DNA of 64,000 nt from Candidatus Woesearchaeota archaeon (GTDB taxonomy: Archaea; Nanobdellota; Nanobdellia; Pacearchaeales; GW2011-AR1), in assembly GCA_964617015.1 (NCBI GenBank), contig CAZTVG010000002.1:13077-77076 (forward strand), in the 5' to 3' direction. Positions 27,758 through 35,277 of the stretch are shown one piece after another. The notes below the pieces were generated by a model. The model did not search any database. It had not been told where the DNA came from and was given only the letters and a program-made list of their open reading frames with translations. The first letter of the stretch is position 1, and the number at the start of each line of letters is the position of its first letter. The position numbers and the translations under genes were made by a program.

Positions 27758-27837
27758 TTGAAAACTCTGTTTAAAAAGTTAAAATCTCTATTTTTGGGTA
27801 TAGATAGATTTTTAAATCTCTAATTTACTTATTAATT

Positions 27838-28221
27838 ATGAAAAAAGCAGTTTTGATTGTAGCGTTTATATTTATTCTTCTTAGTATTAGTCTGGTAAGT
27901 GCTGTTCTTACATACAATTCCGCACAATCAAATGTCTGTAATAGAGAATATGGAGATGGGTTTGATGATGATGTTATTGATAATTTATTTAAAGGGTTAA
28001 AGAAATTAGAATCTAAAGAAGTGTCAAGTGGTGTTATTCAATTTAGGGAAACATCAGAGGGTGTTTTTCAAATTAGGGAAGTATCAGATAGTGCTATTCA
28101 ATTGAAAGGAAACTGGGATAAAGTAAAGAGTTTACCTTGTGATTTGAGGGAAGAACTAGGATTAGAAGTATGTGAAGAGGCAGTACCTATATGTGATGGT
28201 ACATCACGGGAAAGTTGTTAA
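27838..28221 (+). CDS. Small secreted Cys-containing protein (hypothetical)
   Basis: Signal MKKAVLIVAFIFILLSISLVSA. An internal triplet of ~10-aa repeats: SGVIQFRE / SEGVFQIRE / SDSAIQLKG. Confidence 0.5.
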   Translation: MKKAVLIVAFIFILLSISLVSAVLTYNSAQSNVCNREYGDGFDDDVIDNLFKGLKKLESKEVSSGVIQFRETSEGVFQIREVSDSAIQLKGNWDKVKSLPCDLREELGLEVCEEAVPICDGTSRESC

Positions 28222-28356
28222 GCTTTCGAAATTAATTTTATGAGTAGATAAATTTATTGAGAATTCTGTTTAAAAAGTAAGATGATTTAAGGATTTATTA
28301 AACAAAACCCTTAAAAACTCCTTATTCCCCTTTGGCACAGAAAACTATAAAATTGT

Positions 28357-29100
28357 ATGATTCTTAGGGGGTTTATGACACTCAAGATTTTTGTAAGTTC
28401 TCATCATAAAGATTATAGTCTCGCTAATGAAATAAAATCTTTCTTAGAAGTTTTTGGGTTGGAAGTATTTGTAGCACATAAAGATATAGAAGCCTCTAAG
28501 GATTGGATAGAAGTCATCCATCAGAAAATTAAGGATTGTGATATTTTTATGCCTCTTTTAACAAAAAATTTTTATAAATCTCAATGGACAGATCAAGAAT
28601 CTGGAATTGCATATACCCACCATAGAAGAATCCTTTCTATTAAAATAGACGAAACTCCAAGAGGTTTCATAGGTAAATACCAAGCGCTTTATTTTGATAA
28701 TTCAACAGAAGAAAATCAAAGGAAAAGAGAGTTAATGAAGATTTTTGATAGGATAAAAACAGATTTTTCGCAAGAAATCAAGAACTCTTTAATTAATTCG
28801 TTGGAGAGACCTTATACCTCCACCTATAAAATAGCTTCTAGTAAAATTAGATTGCTCGATAGAATGCAACCTTTTAGTGCAGCAGAAATTAATCTTATAA
28901 TGAATAAAAGTTTAGAAAATGATCAGATTTATGATAATGGACTTCTGAGATCTATCCTAAAAAATTGGCTTACAAAATATGATAAAGAGATCTTACCAGA
29001 AATAAAAGAAAAGATTGCGATTACGATAAGGGTTCCTAGTGAAGCAGAAATTGAACAACTTATTGATAAAGAAGCAGTAAAGGATCCAACAATTCTATAA
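28357..29100 (+). CDS. TIR-domain protein with a helical C-terminal extension
   Basis: KIFVSSHHKDYSLANEIKSFLEVFGLEVFVAHKDIEASKDWIEVIHQKIKDCDIFMPLLTKNFYKSQWTDQESGIAY fits the bacterial TIR_2 pattern (FISY..D...A..L...L...G..V..D..I..G..W...I...I......LLS..Y..S.W...E). The putative catalytic Glu is E81 (nt 28597-28599). The start may be M7 (28375). Confidence 0.7.
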   Translation: MILRGFMTLKIFVSSHHKDYSLANEIKSFLEVFGLEVFVAHKDIEASKDWIEVIHQKIKDCDIFMPLLTKNFYKSQWTDQESGIAYTHHRRILSIKIDETPRGFIGKYQALYFDNSTEENQRKRELMKIFDRIKTDFSQEIKNSLINSLERPYTSTYKIASSKIRLLDRMQPFSAAEINLIMNKSLENDQIYDNGLLRSILKNWLTKYDKEILPEIKEKIAITIRVPSEAEIEQLIDKEAVKDPTIL

Positions 29101-29205
29101 GAAAGAATGTAAGGGACAAAATAACACCAGCAGAAAAGTGTGGAATTGGTGTAGATAGAAATAGATGGAATACTCTTTTAATGGAAAGTTTAAATAATAA
29201 AGATA

Positions 29206-29958
29206 ATGCATAAAAATATGACCTACATAATTACTCTTGCTGGAAAAGATTCAATTTATATGGCTTCAGATTCTCGTCTTGAATATTTTAATGAAAAAGA
29301 AATTAACGGAGAAAAATATAAAGAAATAGTTGCATTTGCAGATTGTATCAAAAAAACATTTTTTATTGAAAATTTAAAAATAGGAATACAATTTAGTGGA
29401 ATTGGATTTTTACCAGATAAAGAAGAAAAATACCCCCTTTCATATTTTATTAAAAAATTAGAAGATAAAAATAGTAGTTCAGTGGATGAAAGTTTTGAAC
29501 TGGTGTTTAATTTTTTTAAGGATTTAAGTATTGAAGGAGATACTGGACAATATGTTAAAGGAATAATGTCTGCAATAGATAAAGGAGATAAAAAAGTTTG
29601 TCTATTTAATACATTTGATAATGATTTTAGAGTAGAGAAGTTAGAACCAGCTCAATATGTTGAAAACGAAAAGATTGGGGGGAGTTTTAGTTTGAGTAAA
29701 GATAAAATAATCCAAGAAATTAAAAAAAGAATCGCACAAAAATCAAGAGAAAAATGGTGGACTATTGGGGGAAAAATTACACTATTAGAAATAAACCAAG
29801 AATCACACTCTTTTTTATTAGAATCTGACGATTTTTCACAAAGCCAAAAAGAATTAATTAGATGTTTTAGGGGGGATTTAAATAAAATTAATGGAAGAAT
29901 ACTAACATATTCAAAATTAGTAAAGTATGAACTCCCGACATTTGACAAGCGAGGATGA
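29206..29958 (+). CDS. Divergent proteasome-beta/HslV-like Ntn-hydrolase-fold protein (hypothetical)
   Basis: From the second ATG (29218) the protein begins M-TYIITLAGKDSIYMASDSR. KKTFFIENLKIGIQFSGIG follows, paralleling TTTVGI..KD.V..A.D.R ... KK.F.I......I.AG in proteasome beta, including the psmB in this window (GTTILGIVCRDGVVMAADRQ). The C-terminal ~90 aa are unassigned. Confidence 0.45.
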   Translation: MHKNMTYIITLAGKDSIYMASDSRLEYFNEKEINGEKYKEIVAFADCIKKTFFIENLKIGIQFSGIGFLPDKEEKYPLSYFIKKLEDKNSSSVDESFELVFNFFKDLSIEGDTGQYVKGIMSAIDKGDKKVCLFNTFDNDFRVEKLEPAQYVENEKIGGSFSLSKDKIIQEIKKRIAQKSREKWWTIGGKITLLEINQESHSFLLESDDFSQSQKELIRCFRGDLNKINGRILTYSKLVKYELPTFDKRG

Positions 29959-30004
29959 TTTAATTAAAACTCCCTAAGATTTGACAATCCCACCCCTCAA
30001 AAAC

Positions 30005-30012
30005 TTTATAAA
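30005..30012 (+). promoter_or_regulatory. Candidate TATA box for the downstream structured RNA
   Basis: TTTATAAA lies about 22-29 nt upstream of the proposed RNA 5' end near 30034. Confidence 0.4.
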
Positions 30013-30033
30013 TGGTTATGAACCTAGTCTACC

Positions 30034-30293
30034 GTAGACTAGGTTGGCGGGTTAGCCCACCGCTGCTTGCAAATGGGCTTTATGGCAGACTGCAAGGAAG
30101 GGCGTGATTGGCATCGTTGAAAAGTCCTTGTTTGGACGTTGACGCTTTGTCCGCTTCGATCTTGCAGATGCAAAACGGGTCAGACCTTGATCGGAGCAGC
30201 CCTAAACATTTGTTAAGATGCTTGGCGGGTCGCAGAGCCGAGGAAGAATAAGGGTAGCTTTTTGGCAATCCTTAAGCAAACTTCCGGGTCTAC
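30034..30293 (+). ncRNA. Structured ncRNA, most likely signal recognition particle (7S/SRP) RNA
   Basis: A G+C-rich, non-coding ~260-nt island in an AT-rich genome, with a TATA box upstream and an oligo-T run (30295-30300) downstream. The 5' GTAGAC (30034-30039) is complementary to the 3' GTCTAC (30288-30293). The internal GGGTCAGACCTTGATCGGAGCAGCCC resembles the SRP helix-8 core (GGUCAGGUCCGGAAGGAAGCAGCC in 4.5S RNA). The ends are approximate. Confidence 0.6.
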
Positions 30294-30342
30294 ATTTTTT
30301 CTATAGAAAGATTTATATAATAATTATACATAAAGGTTATAC

Positions 30343-30570
30343 ATGGCAGTAGAGGTTAAAACTAAGAAATGGGGAAATTCCATAGGAATCATAATACCTA
30401 GTGAGACTGTTGAAAGACTTGATATAAAACCAGAAGAAAGAATAGTTGTTGAAATAAGCAAAGAATCTAATGTCCTTAAAGAAATGTTTGGGACAATGAA
30501 ATCTGAGAAGACGGCCAAACAGATTGTTGATGAAGCGCATAAAGAATTGGAAAGCAAATGGATGAAATAA
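30343..30570 (+). CDS. vapB: AbrB/SpoVT-family antitoxin (VapB-like)
   Basis: VKTKKWGNSIGIIIPSETVERLDIKPEERIVVE is the swapped-hairpin AbrB motif. It overlaps the downstream PIN gene by 13 nt. Confidence 0.8.
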   Translation: MAVEVKTKKWGNSIGIIIPSETVERLDIKPEERIVVEISKESNVLKEMFGTMKSEKTAKQIVDEAHKELESKWMK

Positions 30571-30932
30571 AGAGGTGTCTTGATACTTACGTATTGGTTG
30601 AAATAAAACTAGGAAATCCTAAATTTTCAGATTATTTTAAATCCAGGTTTGTTATCGTAGATTTAATATTAGCAGAATTTTATAGTGTTCTTCTTCGGGA
30701 GGAAAGTGAAGAAGTGGCCGAATATTGGTTTAAAAAACTTGAAGGTTATTCAGTTTCAGTGAGCAAAAAAATTCTTATTGAGGCAGTAAAATTTAGATAT
30801 AAACACAAGAGATCAAGAATTTCATTTTTTGATGCTGTTGGATATATCTTTTCGCTAAAAAATGGTTATAAATTTGTCACAGGAGATAAAGAATTTAAAA
30901 AACTAGACAATGTGGAGTTTAGGAAGAAATGA
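30558..30932 (+). CDS. vapC: PIN-domain toxin (VapC-like)
   Basis: Acidic residues fall in PIN positions: CLDTYVLVE, FFDAVGY, FVTGDKEF. 124 aa. Confidence 0.7.
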   Translation: MDEIKRCLDTYVLVEIKLGNPKFSDYFKSRFVIVDLILAEFYSVLLREESEEVAEYWFKKLEGYSVSVSKKILIEAVKFRYKHKRSRISFFDAVGYIFSLKNGYKFVTGDKEFKKLDNVEFRKK

Positions 30933-31264
30933 AAAGGAACAGGTCCCTTCTTTTGGAAAATTTTGGAGATACTCCTCAGTTGAGAGTTTTGGATTTTTTG
31001 ATAGATAATCACTTCTTTGATTTTCCTATGACAGAAATAGCTAGAGAAAGCAATGTTAGCTATAATTCTATTAAATCTTTCTTTCAAAAATTCGTTGAAT
31101 CTGGAATCTTGGTTAAAACTAGAAAAGTGGGAAAATCAGATTATTATAAGATGAACCTTGAAAATTCTTTTGTTAAAAATCTCATTAGGCTTGACTGGAA
31201 TTTGGTAAAATCTAATTTAGGAATAGAAGAAAAAACAGCTGCACCCGCCAAGGTTAAACACTAA
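30929..31264 (+). CDS. Winged-helix DNA-binding protein
   Basis: LRVLDFLIDNHFFDFPMTEIARESNVSYNSIKSFFQKFVESGILVKTRKVGKSDYYKMN is wHTH-like. There is a 4-nt overlap with vapC. Confidence 0.6.
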   Translation: MKRNRSLLLENFGDTPQLRVLDFLIDNHFFDFPMTEIARESNVSYNSIKSFFQKFVESGILVKTRKVGKSDYYKMNLENSFVKNLIRLDWNLVKSNLGIEEKTAAPAKVKH

Positions 31265-31294
31265 ATTAATAAACTATTTTTTCCTTTGGGAAAT

Positions 31295-31831
31295 ATGAAA
31301 AGAGGCAGGGGTGGAATGGGTAAAACTGGACAGTTTTATCTTATTGCTGCAATTATTCTTGCTTCAATAATCATCGGAATTGTTACTGTCTCAAATTATT
31401 CTAAAAGAGATTCAATCACAAGATTTCAGGATTTAAAAGAGGAACTTCAGATAGAAAGCGAAAATGTCCTAGATTACGGAATATACAACAAATTTAATGA
31501 AGCACAAATGTACGGGCTTTTAAATGATTTTACACAAGAGTATATAGATTCAGAATCAGGAGACAAGGATTTATATTTTGTGTTCGGAAATGAGAATAAC
31601 ATAACTGTAAAAGGATATCAGAAATCAGATAAAATAATTTCTGTTAGTTCTGGAGCTTCATTAACAATAACCCAAGAAGCCGGCGAATTTATAGGAAGCA
31701 TTGACCCCAGTGAAAATGATATAATCCTCTATATAGGAGATAATTCATATACCTTTAAACTAAACAAAGGGGAGAACTTCTATTTTGTTATTTCCCAGCA
31801 GGGTGAAGGAGGTTACATAGTCAGCGGATAA
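31295..31831 (+). CDS. Archaeal type IV pilin-like protein (class III signal peptide)
   Basis: MKRGRGGMGKTG/QFYLIAAIILASIIIGIVTV has a basic N-terminus, Gly at -1 and a hydrophobic helix. The start is ambiguous (31295 or 31316). Confidence 0.6.
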   Translation: MKRGRGGMGKTGQFYLIAAIILASIIIGIVTVSNYSKRDSITRFQDLKEELQIESENVLDYGIYNKFNEAQMYGLLNDFTQEYIDSESGDKDLYFVFGNENNITVKGYQKSDKIISVSSGASLTITQEAGEFIGSIDPSENDIILYIGDNSYTFKLNKGENFYFVISQQGEGGYIVSG

Positions 31832-31965
31832 AATGAATGAAAGAAGCAAAATGATGTTAAATAAATATGAAACTGAAAGCAGTGGTAAAGTGTTTAGATA
31901 TAAGTTAATGGATTTTGAGATTAACAATCAAAACCAATCCTGCGAAGCAGACAATTTTACATAAA

Positions 31966-33087
31966 ATGGTCAATAAAAAGGCGGTAAGCATAATGGTGGG
32001 TTATGTCTTACTCGTTGTTTTTTCCGTAATAATCGGAACAGTGGTTTATCAGTGGCTGAGCACATATGTTCCCACAGAACCCTTGGGTTGTCCTGAAGGT
32101 TCTTCTCTTTTTGTAAAAGACGCAATTTTTGATTCCTCAGATTCAACGTTAAACTTAACTCTGAAAAATAACGGAAGATTCAATATTGCAGGATACTTTA
32201 TCCATGCAAAAAACAGCTCAAGCCAAGAATTAGCAATCATTGATCTATCAATTTATTTGAACGAAAGCAGCGGAGGAAATAAATTCGGAAATTCTGTTTT
32301 GTTTACCTTTTCAGGAGAAAACTCTCTAAAACCAGGCAATCAAAAAACCAATATTTTTGATATTCCTCCCGAAATAGGAGAACCTTATTCCATAAGGATA
32401 ATCCCTACAAGATTCCAGGAAGAAGATAACCGGGAAAGGTTTGTGAGCTGCGGGAATGCAAGAGTGGAGCAGATTGTCGGTGCGCCTCCAGTGGTATGTG
32501 TACCTGACACCTGTTCTGATTTAAGTTATGTATGTGGAAGTTGGAGTGATGGTTGTGGTGGAATAATAGACTGTAACCAACCTGGCTGTGATAGTAATAC
32601 TGAGTTTTGTGATGCTAGCGGTCAATGTATATCTACAAGTTGTATTCCTGCCGCAGACCCAACTCTTATAGGAATCTGCGGAACACAAGACTGCGACGTT
32701 AGTACTGCAACTAACGGAACCTGTGGAACTGTGGATTGTGGAACATGCCCTGTAAAATTTGAATGCGATGCAGGGCAGTGTGTTGCTTTATGCGGAGACG
32801 GCATCATTGACTCTGGCGAGGAATGTGATGACGGAAACACTGTAGACGGAGATGGCTGCTCAAGCACATGCACTATTGAAACGAGTTGGGAGTGTAGTGG
32901 AGAGCCAAGCGTGTGCACGTCTATTGCAAGTTGCCCAGAATATTGCGTGTTGTCTTTAGGATATTCTACTGGTTTCTGTACCAACAGTCCAGGTAACTGT
33001 CAGAGCAGCGGAGGAGTATATGAAGCAGGAGGAGATCAGTGGTGTACTGGGGGCTCTCAGGCAGATACTTGTTGTTGCCAGCCATAA
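31966..33087 (+). CDS. Archaeal pilin-like protein with a C-terminal Cys-rich repeat domain (candidate pilus adhesin)
   Basis: The N-terminus MVNKKAVSIMVGYVLLVVFSVIIGTVVYQW is of the DUF1628/archaeal pilin type. The C-terminal ~200 aa carry more than 30 Cys, including CGDGIIDSGEECDDGNTVDGDGCSSTC (Myxococcus-type Cys-rich repeat). Confidence 0.65.
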   Translation: MVNKKAVSIMVGYVLLVVFSVIIGTVVYQWLSTYVPTEPLGCPEGSSLFVKDAIFDSSDSTLNLTLKNNGRFNIAGYFIHAKNSSSQELAIIDLSIYLNESSGGNKFGNSVLFTFSGENSLKPGNQKTNIFDIPPEIGEPYSIRIIPTRFQEEDNRERFVSCGNARVEQIVGAPPVVCVPDTCSDLSYVCGSWSDGCGGIIDCNQPGCDSNTEFCDASGQCISTSCIPAADPTLIGICGTQDCDVSTATNGTCGTVDCGTCPVKFECDAGQCVALCGDGIIDSGEECDDGNTVDGDGCSSTCTIETSWECSGEPSVCTSIASCPEYCVLSLGYSTGFCTNSPGNCQSSGGVYEAGGDQWCTGGSQADTCCCQP

Positions 33088-33245
33088 TCAACAACTAATA
33101 AATATTTATAAACTTTAAATAGTAAAAGAGATTATGTTAAGAAAAAATGAGAAGATGTTTAAATACCTCTATGATTTAATAGCATTAAATTGTAATTATT
33201 TCAGTAAATTAAATTTTAAAAAGAAGAATTCCTCATTATAATAAA

Positions 33246-33731
33246 ATGAAACATTTTTTTTCTCTAAAGAGGAAGAAAGGAATTTCTCCTGTAATTGCAA
33301 CTGTTCTGCTGGTTGCAATGGTATTGGTTGTAGGCCTTATAATATTTCTCTGGTTCAGGGGAATCACACAAGAAGCTGTGACCAAATTCGGGGGGACAAA
33401 CATAGAGCTTGTTTGCAATGATGTGGGATTTTCATCAAGCTATTCTTCGGGAATTCTTTCCCTTTCAAATATAGGAAATGTCCCTATTTTTGGGATGAAA
33501 CTGAAAGTAACTTCCCAGGGAAGCTACCAAACCTATGACCTGAAAGACCTACCTGGAAACTGGCCAAGCATAGGATTGAGACAGGGGGGAACTTTTTCTT
33601 CAGGAGATTTGAGTACTACAATTTCCGGTGCAAGTGAAGTCCTGGTGATTCCTGTGCTTATAGGAAGTTCTGAAAGAGGAGAGCAGAGCCATGTTTGTGA
33701 TGAACAGTATGGACAGGAATTAGCATTGTAA
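33246..33731 (+). CDS. Archaeal type IV pilin (class III signal peptide)
   Basis: KRKKGISPVIATVLLVAMVLVVGLIIFLWF is the canonical archaeal pilin/flagellin-type N-terminus. Confidence 0.8.
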   Translation: MKHFFSLKRKKGISPVIATVLLVAMVLVVGLIIFLWFRGITQEAVTKFGGTNIELVCNDVGFSSSYSSGILSLSNIGNVPIFGMKLKVTSQGSYQTYDLKDLPGNWPSIGLRQGGTFSSGDLSTTISGASEVLVIPVLIGSSERGEQSHVCDEQYGQELAL

Positions 33732-33879
33732 TGTGTTGATGAAAAATTAAGATAATAATATAATTTAAGGCATCTTGTTTTTAAGTGGTTATTAAAACCA
33801 AATTAACTAAGAGTATTATGATAAGATATTAAAAGATATAAAAACTAAGTATTTACATTAAGAAGATCAGAAATAAAAC

Positions 33880-34395
33880 ATGAAAAACAGAAGAGGTATT
33901 TCCGGCGTTATCACAGTAGTTATCCTTATAGCGCTGGTAATGACAATTGCTGGAATTGTGTGGGCTGTTGTCAATAATCTTGTAAAAGAGGAGCTAGAGG
34001 GTGCCGGGTCCTGCTTTGGTATTTTCGGAAAGGTAAATCTGAACAGCAGATACACCTGTTATAACAGCAGCCAGGAACTTCTGTTCTCAATAAGTATCGG
34101 AGATGTTGACGTTGATGAAGCCCTCATAGGAATCTCCGGACAAGGCACAGGCGTAAGCTTTAAATTAAGCAGCCAAGCAGGCCCGATAGATAATGTCTTC
34201 ACATATCCTGACAGATCAGCAGATGTAAGCCTGCCTTCAAAAAACAGCGGACTTACATATATCTTTGATCTGGCTGGCGCAGGTTTTTCAGGAACTCCTG
34301 ATTCAGTAAGCATAGCTCCCATAATCAAAGGTAATCAGTGCGGGGTTTCGGATACTCTCGGGGAAATTGCCAATTGCGCTTCCCTGAATCTGTAA
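33880..34395 (+). CDS. Archaeal type IV pilin (class III signal peptide)
   Basis: MKNRRGISGVITVVILIALVMTIAGIVWAVV. Confidence 0.8.
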   Translation: MKNRRGISGVITVVILIALVMTIAGIVWAVVNNLVKEELEGAGSCFGIFGKVNLNSRYTCYNSSQELLFSISIGDVDVDEALIGISGQGTGVSFKLSSQAGPIDNVFTYPDRSADVSLPSKNSGLTYIFDLAGAGFSGTPDSVSIAPIIKGNQCGVSDTLGEIANCASLNL

Positions 34396-34561
34396 AAGCA
34401 GTTTAGATTAGAAATGACAGGCTTTTATTTTTTTCAGGATTAAATTCCATGAATTTAAATCAGCAGCATGTAATTATAATGTTATTAAAAACCAGGAATA
34501 GAATATTATTAAACAAATGGGTAAAAGAAAAATATTAAAACCAATTCTGGCTTAGAGTCAT

Positions 34562-35146
34562 ATGGGAAAAAAGAGGGGAACTTCGTCCGGGCTTGGCCAG
34601 AGCAGGAGACAATTTTTCAAGAAAAATCGTGAGGGGCAGATTTGGGTAGAAACAGTTGTATACACCCTGATTGCTTTTGCATTAATCGGACTGGTTTTGA
34701 CCTTCGTGAAACCCAAGATAGAAGAAATTCGGGACAAGGGAATCATAGACCAGTCAATCACTGTTTTAAATGACATTGATCTTATTATAAAAACACTCGG
34801 GGGTCCTGGAAATCAAAGAGTAATTGAACTAGGAATAAACAAGGGAACACTTAACATCGATGGAGAAAACGATAAAATTTACTTTGAAATTGAAAGCAAA
34901 TACACATACAGCCAGCCAGGAGAGGATGTAAATGTGGGAAATATAATTGCCCATACTGAAGAAAAAGGAAATATTAATGAATTAACCTTAACAATAGATT
35001 ATGCAGGGAAGTATGACATAACTTTCCGGAACCTGGATGAATTAAAAAAAATAAGCAGAGCCTCAACCCCTTACAAAATCATTATCAAGAACATGGGGGA
35101 AGATGCTTTTAAAAAAACGATTATCAACATAGAGGTGATTGATTAA
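34562..35146 (+). CDS. Pilin-like protein (class III signal-like N-terminus)
   Basis: A basic leader, then REG/QIWVETVVYTLIAFALIGLVLTFV. Confidence 0.55.
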   Translation: MGKKRGTSSGLGQSRRQFFKKNREGQIWVETVVYTLIAFALIGLVLTFVKPKIEEIRDKGIIDQSITVLNDIDLIIKTLGGPGNQRVIELGINKGTLNIDGENDKIYFEIESKYTYSQPGEDVNVGNIIAHTEEKGNINELTLTIDYAGKYDITFRNLDELKKISRASTPYKIIIKNMGEDAFKKTIINIEVID

Positions 35147-35277
35147 AATAAGATTGATGAAATGTTAGATAAAGAAAAAATTGAGATGAGAATAAAATTA
35201 AGATATCATACAGAAATTGTGCTTTTATTAACAATCTTAAAAAATACGAGTGAAGCGAGGCAATTTAAATATTAAAA

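Noticed and set aside
30080-30268. 62-aa minus-strand ORF in the G+C-rich region
   Set aside because: It lies entirely inside the structured ncRNA (probable SRP RNA). It has no RBS or promoter context. The open frame is explained by the G+C-rich composition.
30034-30293. Alternative call of this ncRNA as RNase P RNA (GTTGAAAAGTCC resembles the CR-I GAGGAAAGUCC)
   Set aside because: I could not find the other universal RNase P blocks (the ACAGAA/CCGGCUUA-type P4 3' strand, GGGUAA). The GGUCAG...GGAGCAGCC core matches SRP helix 8 better. A covariance-model search is still needed.
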